Part shown: positions 1 through 15,900 of the stretch, in pieces
How positions within the stretch are numbered: the first letter of the stretch is position 1
How the letters are laid out: each line of letters begins with the position of its first letter
NCBI GenBank assembly: GCA_028826165.1
Contig: JAPDFW010000103.1
Location: forward strand, 868,001 to 932,000
Direction: 5' to 3'
Source: Anaeramoeba ignava BMAN
Lineage: Eukaryota; Protista; Anaeramoebae
DNA length: 64,000 bases
Position numbers and translations under genes: made by a program
Notes under the pieces: generated by a model
The model's database searches: none
What the model saw: the letters and a program-made list of their open reading frames with translations, nothing else
What the model was told of the DNA's origin: nothing

Positions 1-1956
1 TTGTTGGTATCTTGAGTTGTTATCGTAGTTTCTATATTTGTTGTTTGATTTATTGTCATAGTTTGACGTGCGGTTATGTTCGCGACGGTAGTTATCGCGG
101 TTGTCATAGTCGCGATATTTCGAGTCATAATTCGATTCGTTGTCCTTGTACTTTGAATCATATCCGGAATTGCGATATCGTGAAGTGTTTCGGTCATCGT
201 ATTTGCCGTGATATTTGGAGTCGTTTGAGTAGTTGTTTTGCCGATTATTGTAACCGTAATCTTTGTATTTTTGGTGAGAATAATCGTAGTTATTTCGGTT
301 GTCATTTCCGGAATTATATCGCGAACGATACTTTGAATCGCGAGAAGAATCGCGTGTGCTTTCCTTGGAATCCGACCGCGATTCCGATGTGTGATAGCTC
401 TTGCTTTGATGATGATCCCGATAGTCTGATACACTTTCAATAAAATCTTTGTAATCCATGAATTTGTGAACGTAAGACAACCGCATTTTCCTATTTCGCA
501 AATCGAAATCCTGGAACATCTCCACAATATCCACACCCTTCCCCATATTCATTGACAGAATCGTGTAGTCTTTATGTATCTCCAACTTGCGGATGAACCC
601 CAACGGCTCAAAAAGTTGGAACAACTCCCGATATGTCACGTCATTTGGCAAATTGGATATTTTGATTTGCGAAACCTCGCGATAGTTGTCAAATTTGAAG
701 TGTGTGAATTTCTGTTTCAAAATTGGATCGTAAGTCTCATATTTCATTGTGGGTCTTCTGACGAAATTTGATGGCGAAGGAGATGATGAATGCGATCTTT
801 TTTCTTTCCTCGAATTCTCGCTCGTGTTTCTTGTCTCGCTTGTGTTTCCACTTGTGCTTGAGTGGTAATGTGTTGATGAATGATGATGATAATCTGATTC
901 TTCGTATTTGCTCCGTTCTTCTGAGTCGTATTTGTGCTTGTCATATTGATCGTATTTATTTCTGTCATAATCATATTTTTTTGATTCTTCTGACTCATGT
1001 TTATATTTCTCATTGTAATCATCATCCGTTTTCGCTCGTTTCGTGTTCTCCTCAAAATTTCCTTGATTTTTATCTGAAAGATTATGTTTTGTTCGTTTTT
1101 CTGAATCAACTGGAAGTTTGATTATTCTTGATGTTATTTTTGTATTTGTTTCTTTTTTTTTGTTTTCTTCTTCGTAACTGTTTTGATTTGAATGTTTTGA
1201 ATGATGTTTTTGAGGATTATTTTCTTTTAATTCATTTTTTGATTCATTTTCTAAATCATTTTTTGATTCATTTTTTAAATCATTTTTTAAATCATTTTTT
1301 AATTCATTTTTTAATTCATTTTTTAAATCATTTTCTAATTCATTTTTTAAATCATTTTTTGATTCATTTTTTGATTCATTTTTTTCTTCTTTTATATCTG
1401 AATATTCTTGATCGTTATTTATACTTTCTTTTTCATTTTCTTTATTATCTTCTTCTCTTAAAATAATATTATCTTCCGAATAAAGATCTAATTCTCCTTC
1501 ATTTTTTTTCTCTTTGTTTTCTAAATCTTCTTCTAATTTTGTTTCATTTAAATCGTTTTCTTTTTCTTGATTACTATTTTTATTTTTATTGTTATTTAAA
1601 TTTAAATTATTTAAATTTTCATCTTCATTTATTTTTTCATCTGAAACTTGAATTGATTTATTTTCTGAATTATTAATAAATTTTGAAAATTGAAGTTTAT
1701 CAATAAAATGTTTATCACTCGAAATTTTTGCATTTTCATCATAATTTTCATTAAAATCTTCATTAAAATCTTCATTAAAATCTTCATTAAAATCTTCTTT
1801 ATAATTTTTATCTAAATTTTCCTTTTTTTTTTCTTTTAATTTTTCATCATTTTCATTTAAATCTTCTTCAGAAATTTCTTCTACATTAACTTTTGAATAA
1901 GAATGTGTTTTATCTTCTTCAGAATCAAAAGGTAATTCAAATTCTGGTTCACTCAT
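1..1956 (-). CDS. RRM-domain RNA-binding protein with acidic N-terminus and R/S/D/Y/N-rich low-complexity region (3' end beyond window edge)
   Basis: ATG at 1956 (MSEPEFELPFDSEED...). The segments I translated are open and the frame appears to run to the window edge. It contains IKISNLPNDVTYRELFQLFEPLGFIRKLEIHKDYTILSM...LRNRKMRLSY at about 470-670, an RRM with RNP2-like ISNLP. Confidence 0.7.
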   Translation of the reverse strand, partial: MSEPEFELPFDSEEDKTHSYSKVNVEEISEEDLNENDEKLKEKKKENLDKNYKEDFNEDFNEDFNEDFNENYDENAKISSDKHFIDKLQFSKFINNSENKSIQVSDEKINEDENLNNLNLNNNKNKNSNQEKENDLNETKLEEDLENKEKKNEGELDLYSEDNIILREEDNKENEKESINNDQEYSDIKEEKNESKNESKNDLKNELENDLKNELKNELKNDLKNDLKNESKNDLENESKNELKENNPQKHHSKHSNQNSYEEENKKKETNTKITSRIIKLPVDSEKRTKHNLSDKNQGNFEENTKRAKTDDDYNEKYKHESEESKKYDYDRNKYDQYDKHKYDSEERSKYEESDYHHHSSTHYHSSTSGNTSETRNTSENSRKEKRSHSSSPSPSNFVRRPTMKYETYDPILKQKFTHFKFDNYREVSQIKISNLPNDVTYRELFQLFEPLGFIRKLEIHKDYTILSMNMGKGVDIVEMFQDFDLRNRKMRLSYVHKFMDYKDFIESVSDYRDHHQSKSYHTSESRSDSKESTRDSSRDSKYRSRYNSGNDNRNNYDYSHQKYKDYGYNNRQNNYSNDSKYHGKYDDRNTSRYRNSGYDSKYKDNESNYDSKYRDYDNRDNYRREHNRTSNYDNKSNNKYRNYDNNSRYQQ

Positions 1957-2060
1957 TTAAATTACTAAAAAAAAATGATTTTTTTAAATTAAAAAAAAAT
2001 AAAAAAATAAAATTATTCTCCTTTATTTTTTTTTTCTCCTTTTCTTTTTAATCAAAATTA

Positions 2061-2645
2061 TATCAAAAATAAGAATAGATTTAATTTAATATTTAATTTA
2101 TAAATTAATTTAAAAATATAATTTAATATTTAATTTCATTATTAAAATAATAATTTATTGTTTTAAATTTAATTTTAATATTTTATTAACATAAAAATTA
2201 ATTTTATTATTAAAATAATAATTTATTGTTTTAAATTTAAATATTTTATTATTTAACATATAAATATAAAAATAAGAATAGATTTAATTTAATATTTAAT
2301 TTAAAAATATTAAAATAATAATTTATTGTTTTAGAATTAAATATTTTATTATTTAAATATTTAACATATAAATATAAAAAATGGGAATAGATTTAATTTA
2401 ATATTTAATTTATAAATTAATTTAAAAATATAATTTAATATTTAATTTTATGTTTAAAATAATAATTTAATGTTTTAGATTTAAATATTTTATTATTTAA
2501 AATATTTAAATATATATAAAAATAAGAATAGATTTAATTTATATTTAATTTATAAATTAATTTAAAAATATAATTTAATATTTAATTTTATTATTAAAAA
2601 TAATTTATTGTTTTAGATTTAAATATTTTATTATTTAAAAATATT
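2061..2645. repeat. AT-rich ~120-bp tandem array upstream of BTB-TLDc copy 1
   Basis: Unit starting AAAAATAAGAATAGATTTAATTTAATATTT recurs at about 2066, 2269, 2387 and 2518. The same unit occurs in reverse at 35655-36650. Confidence 0.85.
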
Positions 2646-3021
2646 TTGAAAATTGATTTTTGAAATTAAAATTTTATCTTTTTTTTGAATTAAATTGAAT
2701 TAATATTAATTTGGAAATTTGTTTTTAAATTTAAATTTATTAATAATTTTTAAATTCCAAAAAAAAAAATTAAATTAAAAATTAAATTAAAATAATTTTC
2801 CTTTTTTTAATAAAAAAATTAATAAAAAAATAATAATTTATTAATAAATTAATTTAAAATAATAAATTAAAAAGAAAATTAAATTAATTATTAATTTAAA
2901 TTTATTCTTATTTTTATATTTTTATTTATTTTCAAAATCCACTTTTATTTATTTATTTTTAAATTTTTTTTTCATTTTTCCTTTTTAATAAACAAAAACA
3001 AAAACAAAAAACAAAAACAAA

Positions 3022-4765
3022 ATGGATAATAATAATAATAACCAAATTCAAAATGCAAATCAAAATGAAAATGAAAATGAAATGAAAAATTTAGAAAAAA
3101 AAGTAACAAAAAATTTAATTAAAGATTATTCAAACCTTTTAAATGGAAATTCATTTAAAGATTTTTCAATTTTTGTTGAGAAAGAACCAAATACTTTTGA
3201 AATTAAAGTTCATAAATCAATTTTATCTTCAAGATCTCCTTTTTTTAATGAGTTTTTAAGAGATAGAGATCAGATTAATAAGATTTTTTTAAATCAATTT
3301 AATAAAAGAGAAATGGAATCAATTTTGAGTTATATTTATTATGGAAATATTTCTTTTGAGAATCAAGAAAATCTTATTCAATTATTGGAAATTTCAATTT
3401 ATTTTAAATTAAATTTATTGAAAGAAATTATTCAAAAAAAAATTTCAAATTCAATTAATTATTCAAATTTTTTCCAATTTTTATTCCAAAATCGAAATTT
3501 AAAATCAAATGAAATTGAAATAAAATGTTTTGAATTAATAAATCAAAATTTTTCCCAAATTCAAAATAATGAGAATTTATTCAATTTAACTAAAGAAGAA
3601 ATTATCAAATTTATTCAATTTAAACAAGAAAAAAAAGAAATTTTTCAATTTGATTTTTTTCAATTTTTAAATAATTGGATTGAAAAAAGAATTAAATCAT
3701 TAAAATTAAGGAAATATAAACACAAAATGAATGCAAAGAAAAGATTATTTCATTCTTTTTTTTCATTATTTGATAAAGATTCAATTTCAAAACAAGATTT
3801 TGATAAATTAAAACAATTTGATATTTTTCTTCCAAATTATTTTTTAATTGATATTCAAACTCAACTTTTTCAAGATAATCAAAAAGAAATTGAAGAAACA
3901 AAAATTCAAATTGAAGAGAAATTTAAGCAAGAACTTGAAACAAAAAAAAAAGAACTCGAAGATAAATTGAAAAAAGAAGTTGAATTTTTGAAAATTAATT
4001 TCATTTCAAAATGAAAATCGAATTCGAAGAGAAATTGAAAAAAGAAGTTGAATTTTTGAAAATTTCAAACGAGAAAATGAAAATGGAATTGGAAGAGAAA
4101 TTGAAAAATGAAAATGAAAATGAGAAAATGAAACCAATGTTTGATAAATTATTCACAAAATATCAAAAGAAAATTGAATTCCAAAAGAAATTGGAAGAAA
4201 TCAAAAAGATTTTTCCTCAATTTTCAGATTCAGAAATTATTCAAGATATTGAATATGTTAAGAAATTACAAGAATGGATAAATGATAATGATTTTTTTTC
4301 TAAAATGAAAAAAGGATTTTCAGCAAAAAGAGATGGATTTAATTCTCAAAATTGGCATAAAGCAGTTGATGGGAAAGGAAAAACATTAATTATTATCAAA
4401 ACAAAAGATAATTTTATTTTTGGAGGTTTTACTCAAGTTGGATTTAATGGAAATACAAAATGGATTAATGATTCAAATGCATTTATTTTTTCATTAAGAA
4501 ATGATAAAGGGGATAGAATACCTGCAAAGTTTACAATTAAACAAGGTAAAGAAGGAAGTGCAATTTATTCTGATTTAGGTTTTGGTCCGTGTTTGGTGAA
4601 AGTGATTTTGAATTAAATTCTAATTTACAACCTGGTGAATCAAATTTTGGTGATAGTTATAATCTACCTAATGGAATTACTTATGGAACATATGAAGCTC
4701 AAAGTTATTTAGCTGGTTCTTATAATAAATGGGTTGTTGATGAACTTGAATCTTATTTCATTTAA
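3022..4765 (+). CDS. BTB/POZ - coiled-coil - TLDc domain protein, copy 1 (frameshifted in this assembly)
   Basis: BTB motifs DFSIFV..EIKVHKSILSSRSPFF and ILSYIYYG. TLDc motifs FSAKRDGFNSQNWHKAVDGKGKTL, FIFGGFT and AFIFSL, ending WVVDELESYFI-TAA at 4765. Frame breaks at about 4000 and 4590. Confidence 0.85.
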
Positions 4766-5234
4766 AAATTAATTAATAATAAGAAAATCAAACTTTTTTT
4801 TTTTAATTTTTTTTTTCAAAATTTAATTCAATTTTAATTTACTTTTAATCAAATTAATTTCTTTAAAATAAAAATAAGAAACAAATTTAATTTTAAATAA
4901 TTTAATTTTAATTTAAAATATTTATTAAAAATTTAATTAATAAAAAATAATCCAAAAAAAAAAAATAATAAATTTTAAAAAATTGAATATTTTTAATATA
5001 ATAAATAAAAATAAAAATTGAAAATAGAAATTAATAATAATTAAATTTAAATTCATTAATTAAAATATTAAAATAAAAATCAAATAAAATTTATTATTAA
5101 TTAATATTTAAATATTAATAAATTATAATCAAAATCAAAAATAGAATAATTAGTAAATTATTTTTAGAAAGTTTATCTTATTCAATCATGTTAAATTCAA
5201 TTTATTTAAAATTTTTAATTTTTTAATTTTATTT

Positions 5235-6303
5235 TTAATATATTTTATTATAATTAAAATTGAAATAATAAATAATTAAAAATATTAATATAATAAATAA
5301 AAATATTATTTTAAATTAAAATAAAATAAATTTAAATTAAATTATTATTAAATATTATTAAAATTAAATATTTATATTTATTAAAATATTTATTCCACTT
5401 TTTAATATATTTTATTATAATTAAAATTAAAATAATAAATAATTAAAAATATTAATATAATAAATAAAAATATTATTTTAAATTAAAATAAAATAAATTT
5501 AAATTAAATTATTATTAAATATTATTAAAATTAAATATTTATATTTATTAAAATATTTATTCCACTTTTTAATATATTTTATTATAATTAAAATTGAAAT
5601 AATAAATAATTAAAAATATTAATTTAATAAATAAAAATATTAAATTAAATTAAAATAAAATAAATTTAAATTAAATTATTACAATTATTATTAAAATTAA
5701 ATATATATTTTTATTAAAATATTTATTCCACTTTTTAATTTATTTTATTATAATTAAAATTGGAATAATAAATAATTAAAAATATTAATTTAATAAATAA
5801 AAATATTATTTTAAATTAAAATAAAATAAATTTAAATTAAATTATTATTAAATATTATTAAAATTAAATATTTATTTTTATTAAAATATTTATTCCACTT
5901 TTTTAATATATTTTATTATAATTAAAATTAAAAATAATAAATAATTAAAAATATTAATTTAATAAATAAAATATTAAATTAAAATAAAATAAATTTAAAT
6001 TAAATTATTATTAAAAATATTAAAATAAAAAAATTTTATATTTTTATTAAAATATTTATTCCACTTTTTTTATATTTTATTATAATTAAAAATTAAAATA
6101 ATAAATAATTAAAAATATTAATATAATAAATAAAAATATTATTTAAAATTAAAATAAAATAAATTTAAATTAAATTATTATTAAATATTATTAAAATTAA
6201 ATATTTATCTTTATTAAAATATTTATTCCACTTTTTTAATATATTTTATTATAATTAAAATTGAATTAATAAATAATTAAAAATATTAATATAATAAATA
6301 AAA
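5235..6303. repeat. AT-rich ~166-bp tandem array downstream of BTB-TLDc copy 1
   Basis: TTATTCCACTTTTT landmark near 5394, 5561, 5727, 5894, 6060 and 6226, giving a period of about 166-167 bp. Confidence 0.9.
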
Positions 6304-6476
6304 ATTTGATTTTTGATTTGTTTGAGATGAAAGTATCATTTATTTCCCTAATTTGAAAAAAAGAAAAAAAGAAAAAAAAAACCAGAACAAAAATCAAAAT
6401 CCTTTTTTTTAGGATTATTTGAGTAAAAAAAAATCAAGTAAAAAGTAAAAAGTAAAAGTAAAAAGTAAGGATTTGT

Positions 6477-8732
6477 TTAATCGTAATTTGTTTGATTTGT
6501 AATTTGACGTCTTGCACCAACTAAATTATTTTTTTTATAAATTATTTATATTAATTTTTATTATTAATTTTTAAATAAAATTTAAATAATTACAGCTCAT
6601 GCCAGATTGATTAGCTTTTTTGTTAACATTTGCAGTTAAAATTGGTACTGTACTGTTATCTGATTTTGCATGCAATTTAACAATGTTTCTTGAATTATCA
6701 AACATTCCAGATTGATTAGCTGTTTTATTAACATCTGCAGTTAATTTTGGGATAGCAGCTCTTCCTTTTTTTTTTGTTTCTTCATCAAATTGATAAGCCT
6801 ATTTATATTTTTATTATAAAAATTTTTTGTGGAATTTTTTTGATTTTAAATGACATTTTCAATTTTTAATTTATTTTTAATTCAATTTATTTTTAATTCA
6901 ATTTTATATTTATTATAAAAATTTTTTTGTGGAATTTTTTGATTTTTTATTTTTACTTTTTTATCGGAAAGTTTAGTTCCAATATAAGGTCCATTAAATG
7001 AACGAACTTTTTTTGAGAAACTGAACCTAATGAATAAATTGTATCAATAACTTGAGGAATATTCTTTTCTTCATATAAATCAACAGTCATAAATAATGAA
7101 GGAGGAGGAACACCAAGAGATCTACAAGCAGAAAGAAAATTCCCAATATTTTCCATTTGCATGAAAGGAGTTTTCATTTTATTAATCTTTTTAACAATTC
7201 CAGGAGAAATTCTATTTGCAAGACTTTTTTAATTTTTAATTTTAATTTATAAATGAATTTTAAATTTTAATTTTAATTTTAATTTTAATTTTAATTTTAA
7301 TTTTAATTTTAATTTTAATTTTAATTTTAATTTTAATTTTATAAATGAATTTTATTTTTTTTAATTTTAATTTTAATTTTAATTTTAATTTTATTTTGAT
7401 TTTTTTTTAATTTTTAATTTTTAATTTTAATTTTAATTTTAATTTTAATTTTAATTTTAATTTTAATTTTAATTTTAATTTTAATTTTAATTTTAATTTT
7501 AATTTTAATTTTAATTTTAATTTTAATTTTAATTTTAATTTTAATTTAATTTTAATTTTAATTTTAATTTTTAATTTTAATTTTAATTTTAATTTTAATT
7601 TTTAATTTTAAATTTTAATTTTAATTTTTAATTTTTAATTTTAATTTTAATTTTAATTTTAATTTTAATTTTATAAATGAATTTTTAATTTTAATTTTAA
7701 TTTTATAAATGAATTTTTAATTTTAATTTTAATTTTAATTTTAATTTTAATTTTAATTTTAATTTTAATTTTAAATTTTAATTTTAATTTTAATTTTAAT
7801 TTTAAATAATTTTAATTTTAATTTTAATTTTTAATTTTAATTTTAATTTTATTTTAATTTTAATTTTAATTTTAATTTTTAATTTTAATTTTAATTTTAA
7901 TTTTTAATTTTAATTTTAATTTTAATTTTAATTTTAATTTTAATTTTAATTTTAATTTTTAATTTTAATTTTAATTTTTAATTTTTAATTTTTAATTTTT
8001 AATTTTAATTTTAATTTTAATTTTAATTTTAATTTTAATTTTAATTTTAATTTTAATTTTAATTTTAATTTTAATTTTAATTTTAATTTTTAATTTTAAT
8101 TTTTAATTTTAATTTTTAATTTTAATTTTAATTTTAATTTTAATTTTAATTTTAATTTTAATTTTTAATTTTAATTTTAATTTTAATTTTAATTTTAATT
8201 TTAATTTTAATTTTAATTTTTAATTTTAATTTTAATTTTAATTTTAATTTTAATTTTAATTTTAATTTTAATTTTAATTTTAATTTTAATTTTTAATTTT
8301 AATTTTAATTTTAATTTTAATTTTAATTTTAATTTTAATTTTAATTTTAATTTTAATTTTAATTTTAATTTTAATTTTAATTTTAATTTTAATTTTAATT
8401 TTAATTTTAATTTTAATTTTAATTTTAATTTTAATTTTAATTTTAATTTTTATTTTAATTTTAATTTTAATTTTAATTTTAATTAAAATGAGAAAAAATT
8501 TTAATAAAAAAAAATTATTTTTTTTGTTGTTGATTTAATTTTATTACTTGCAAAGAAGAACACCATCTTTTAATCCAGAAACACTTCTTGGAGCTGATTG
8601 ACCAGTTACTGCTTCAATCCAATCAAGTACTTCACCTTCTTTTTGAGGATCAAATTTAGATTCTTGTTTTTTTTTTATTTCTGCACTTAAACCATAAACA
8701 CAATCATCATTTTGTTCAACGTATCTTGCCAT
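6477..8732 (-). CDS. Calponin/transgelin (MP20-like) actin-binding protein: CH domain plus two calponin repeats, 4 exons
   Basis: Exons 8548-8732, about 6957-7223, about 6594-6798 and 6477-6520. CH motifs WIEAVTG, LKDGVLLC, MQMENIGNFL and LFMTVDLYEEKNIPQV. CLIK repeats ANQSGMFDNSRNI and ANQSGMSFGARRQI. One homopolymer frameshift near 7010. Confidence 0.9.
7226..8485. repeat. (TTTTAA)n microsatellite filling calponin intron 1
   Basis: Direct reading of the hexamer repeat. Confidence 0.95.
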
Positions 8733-9000
8733 TTTTTTTTTTGGAAAATTAGAAAAAAAATTTTTTTAAAAAAAAAAAAAAAAGAAAAGTAAATTGGGGT
8801 AAAAAAAATAAAAGTAAGAAAAAAGAAAAATGAAAAATGAAAAAATGAAAAAAAAAGCAAAAAAATTTTTATTTATTTTTTTTTTATTTATTATTAATTT
8901 TTCATAATTTTTAATAATTTTAATTTTTTTTTTATTTTTTTTTTAATTAATTTTTCAATTCATTTTTTTCTTTCATTTTCTTTTACTTTCTCTTTCTTTT

Positions 9001-12740
<3,740 letters not shown>

Positions 12741-12938
12741 ATCAAATCAAAAAAAAAAAAATTTATTTTTTCCACTTTTTTTTTTGCTTTTTTTTTTTTT
12801 ACTTTTTATCAAAGAATATTTTAAGTCTTGATAATTATTTGCATTGATTTGTTTCAATCATAATCATTTCTCAAATTAATTAAAAAAAAATATTTTAATT
12901 TTTTCAAATTTAAATTTTCATTTTTTTTTTAATTTTTT

Positions 12939-15900
12939 ATGCAAATTTATAATTTTGAACAGAAAATTAAAAATTTAATTCAAAAAGAATCTGATTTAAA
13001 TATTGTTGATAATTTACAAAGAAATTTATTACATCTTGCATTTTTAAATAAAACAAGTTTTGAAATAATTCAATTATTAATTTCAAAAGGTGTTTCAATT
13101 AATCAAAAGGATCATAAATCAAGATCAATTATTCATTATGCAATAATTCATTTAAAACCATTTGAAGAAAAATCATTTGAAATTATCAAATATTTAATTG
13201 AACAAGGAGCAGATTTATTTGCAAAAACAAAAAAAAATCAAACAGTTTTGCATTTTGCTTGTCAATATAAATCATTAGAAATTATCAAATATTTAATTGA
13301 AAAAGGAGCAGATTTATTTGCAAAAACGAGTACAAACCAAACAGTTTTGCATTTTGCTTGCAAATCAAATTCAATTCAAGTGATCAAGTTCCTGATTGAA
13401 AAAGGACTTGATTTATTTGCAAAAACAAGCGAAAAAGAAACAGTTTTGCATTTTGCTTGTCAATATAATTCACTTGAAGTGATCAAATTTCTAATTGGTC
13501 AAGGAGTTGAAATCAACGAAAGAACATATTGGAATGAAACAGTTTTGCATTTTGCTTGTCAATATAATTCCTCATTTGAGGTGATCCAATTTTTAACTGA
13601 GAAAGGTTTTGATGTCAATGCAAAAACTTATGGAAATGAAATCCCTTTCCATTTGGCTTGTTGGAGAAATCCATCGATTGAAATCATACAATATTTAATT
13701 GAAAAGGGAAGCGATATTCACGCCAAAACAAATAAAGACGAAACTGCTTTGCATTTGGCCTGCAAATCAAACACGTTTTCGGTTATAAAATTTTTAATTG
13801 ATCAAGGAATTGATATCAACTCAAAAACTGAGTTAAATCAGGCAATCATACACTTTGCCTGTCAACACAACTCGATTGTAACCCTTGAGTTCTTGATTTG
13901 CAAAGGAGTTGATGTTCATGCGAAAACAAAATACAACGAAACAGTTTTGCATTTTGCTTGCCGATATAATTCCATTTCGGTTATTCAATATCTCATCACA
14001 AAAGGAGTTTATCTCAAGGAGAAGACGTTTGATCACGAAACAACGCTGCATTATGCCTGCAAAAGCAATTCACTTGAAGTGATCAAATTCCTAATTGACA
14101 ACGATCTTGATGCCAATGCAAGAACTTCCCGAAATCAAAACCCTCTTCATTTTGCTTGTGAATACAATGCATCACTTGATGTAATCAAGTATTTAGTTGA
14201 AAAAGGAGCCGATTTGCAAGCAAAAACACACGATCGCGAAACTGTTTTGCATTCTGCTTGTGCAAAAAGTTCAGTCGAGGTCATCGACTATTTAGTTTCA
14301 AAAGGAATTGCTGTCAACCCAAGAACAATGATTGATCAAACACCTCTTCATATTGCTTGCCAGAATAATGTGTTTGAAGTTGTCAAATATCTTGTTGAAA
14401 AAGGAGCCGATTTGCAAGCCAAGACAAATCAAGCTCTAACACCTTTGCATCTTGCTTGCGAACACAATTCACTTGAAGTTATCCAGCTACTTGCTGAAAA
14501 TGGCGCCAATTTGTTTGCAAAAACAAACTGGAATGAATCCACTTTGCATTTTGCTTGCAAACACAACTCACTTGAAGTTATCCGCTATTTGCTACAAAAG
14601 GGTCTTCCGATTAACGAAGGAAACGATGAAAATCAAACTCCTTTGCAATTTGCATGTCAAAATAATTTGTCAATTAATACTATTAAGTATATGATTGAAA
14701 ACAACGCTGATATCGAATCATCCACAAATCAAGAGAAACAAGTTTTGCATTTTGCTTGCCAAAACAACTCGTTTGAAGTCATCCGATATTTGGTGGAAAA
14801 AGGAGCGGATCTTAATGCAAAATCAGACAAAAACGAAACTCCTTTTCATATTGCTTGCCAAAACAATTTATCGCTTGAAATCATCCGATATTTAATCTCA
14901 AAAGGTGCTGATCTTAAGGCAAAAACAGATGAAAACGAAACGCCTTTATATATTGCATATGATATCGAATCATTTGATATTCTTGATTTACTACTTGAAA
15001 ACGGAGTTGATATAAATTCGACACTTAATCAAAATAAAACCATTTTGCATTTTGCTTGTCGGACTAATTCAATCAAAATGATTGAATATTTAATTTCCAA
15101 AGGAGCTGATATCAATGCAAAAACCCAGAACAAGGAAACTCCTCTGCACTTTGCTTGCAAAAAAATTCATTTTGAAGTTGTGAAATATTTGATTCAAATT
15201 GGAGTTGATATCAACTCAAAAACATCCACTGGTGAAACTTCTTTGCATGTTTCCAGTCGCAAAAAATCACTTGAACTTGTTAAATTCCTTATTGAAAATG
15301 GGGCTGATATCAACTCACAAAATTTCCAAAATGAAACACCTTTACATATTGCTTGTCAAAATGATTCTGTTGAAATTATCAATTATCTCGTTGGAAATGG
15401 AGCTGATATTAATTCACAAACTGTGGATTCTCAAACCCCTCTTTCAATATCAATTCAACAGAAAAAAAAGAAATTATTCCAGTTTTTCTTGATAAATAAT
15501 GCAGACATTTTCACTCTTAAAAATGTGTATCTGAATAAAAAGTTTTTTCAGATCTTTTCCCAAATTTTCTCATTTAATCAAGATTTAAACATTTTTTGGA
15601 AATCATCTCTTTTTGATGATTTAGAAATTAAATGCAATGATTCTTCAACTTTTAAAGTTCACAAATTAATTCTTTTGATAAGATTTGATTTTATCCAATT
15701 TCTTATCCAAAAATTTATCAACATTTGTAGAAAAAAACCAAGAGATGCTGTTCAAATTGCTTTAAATTTCCTTTATACAGGTTTTGTTGATCTTGATCAA
15801 ATGCAAAAAAGAATGAAAAAAATAAACAAATTATCTTTAGAGGATTCACAACTCCAAATTATAATTTGGGTCATCCAACAGCAAAAAATGGAACAAATTT

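Noticed and set aside
12-1466. Plus-strand Cys/His/Phe-rich ORFs
   Set aside because: Antisense shadows of the minus-strand RRM gene.
4440-4765. Diversity-generating retroelement as the cause of TLDc variability
   Set aside because: No reverse transcriptase or template repeat in the window, and the differences include indels and non-adenine positions.
5235-6303. Regularly spaced TTATTCCAC motif arrays (also 32020-32805 and 35655-36650) as CRISPR-like arrays
   Set aside because: Whole units are repeated, with no unique spacers and no cas genes, in a eukaryotic context.
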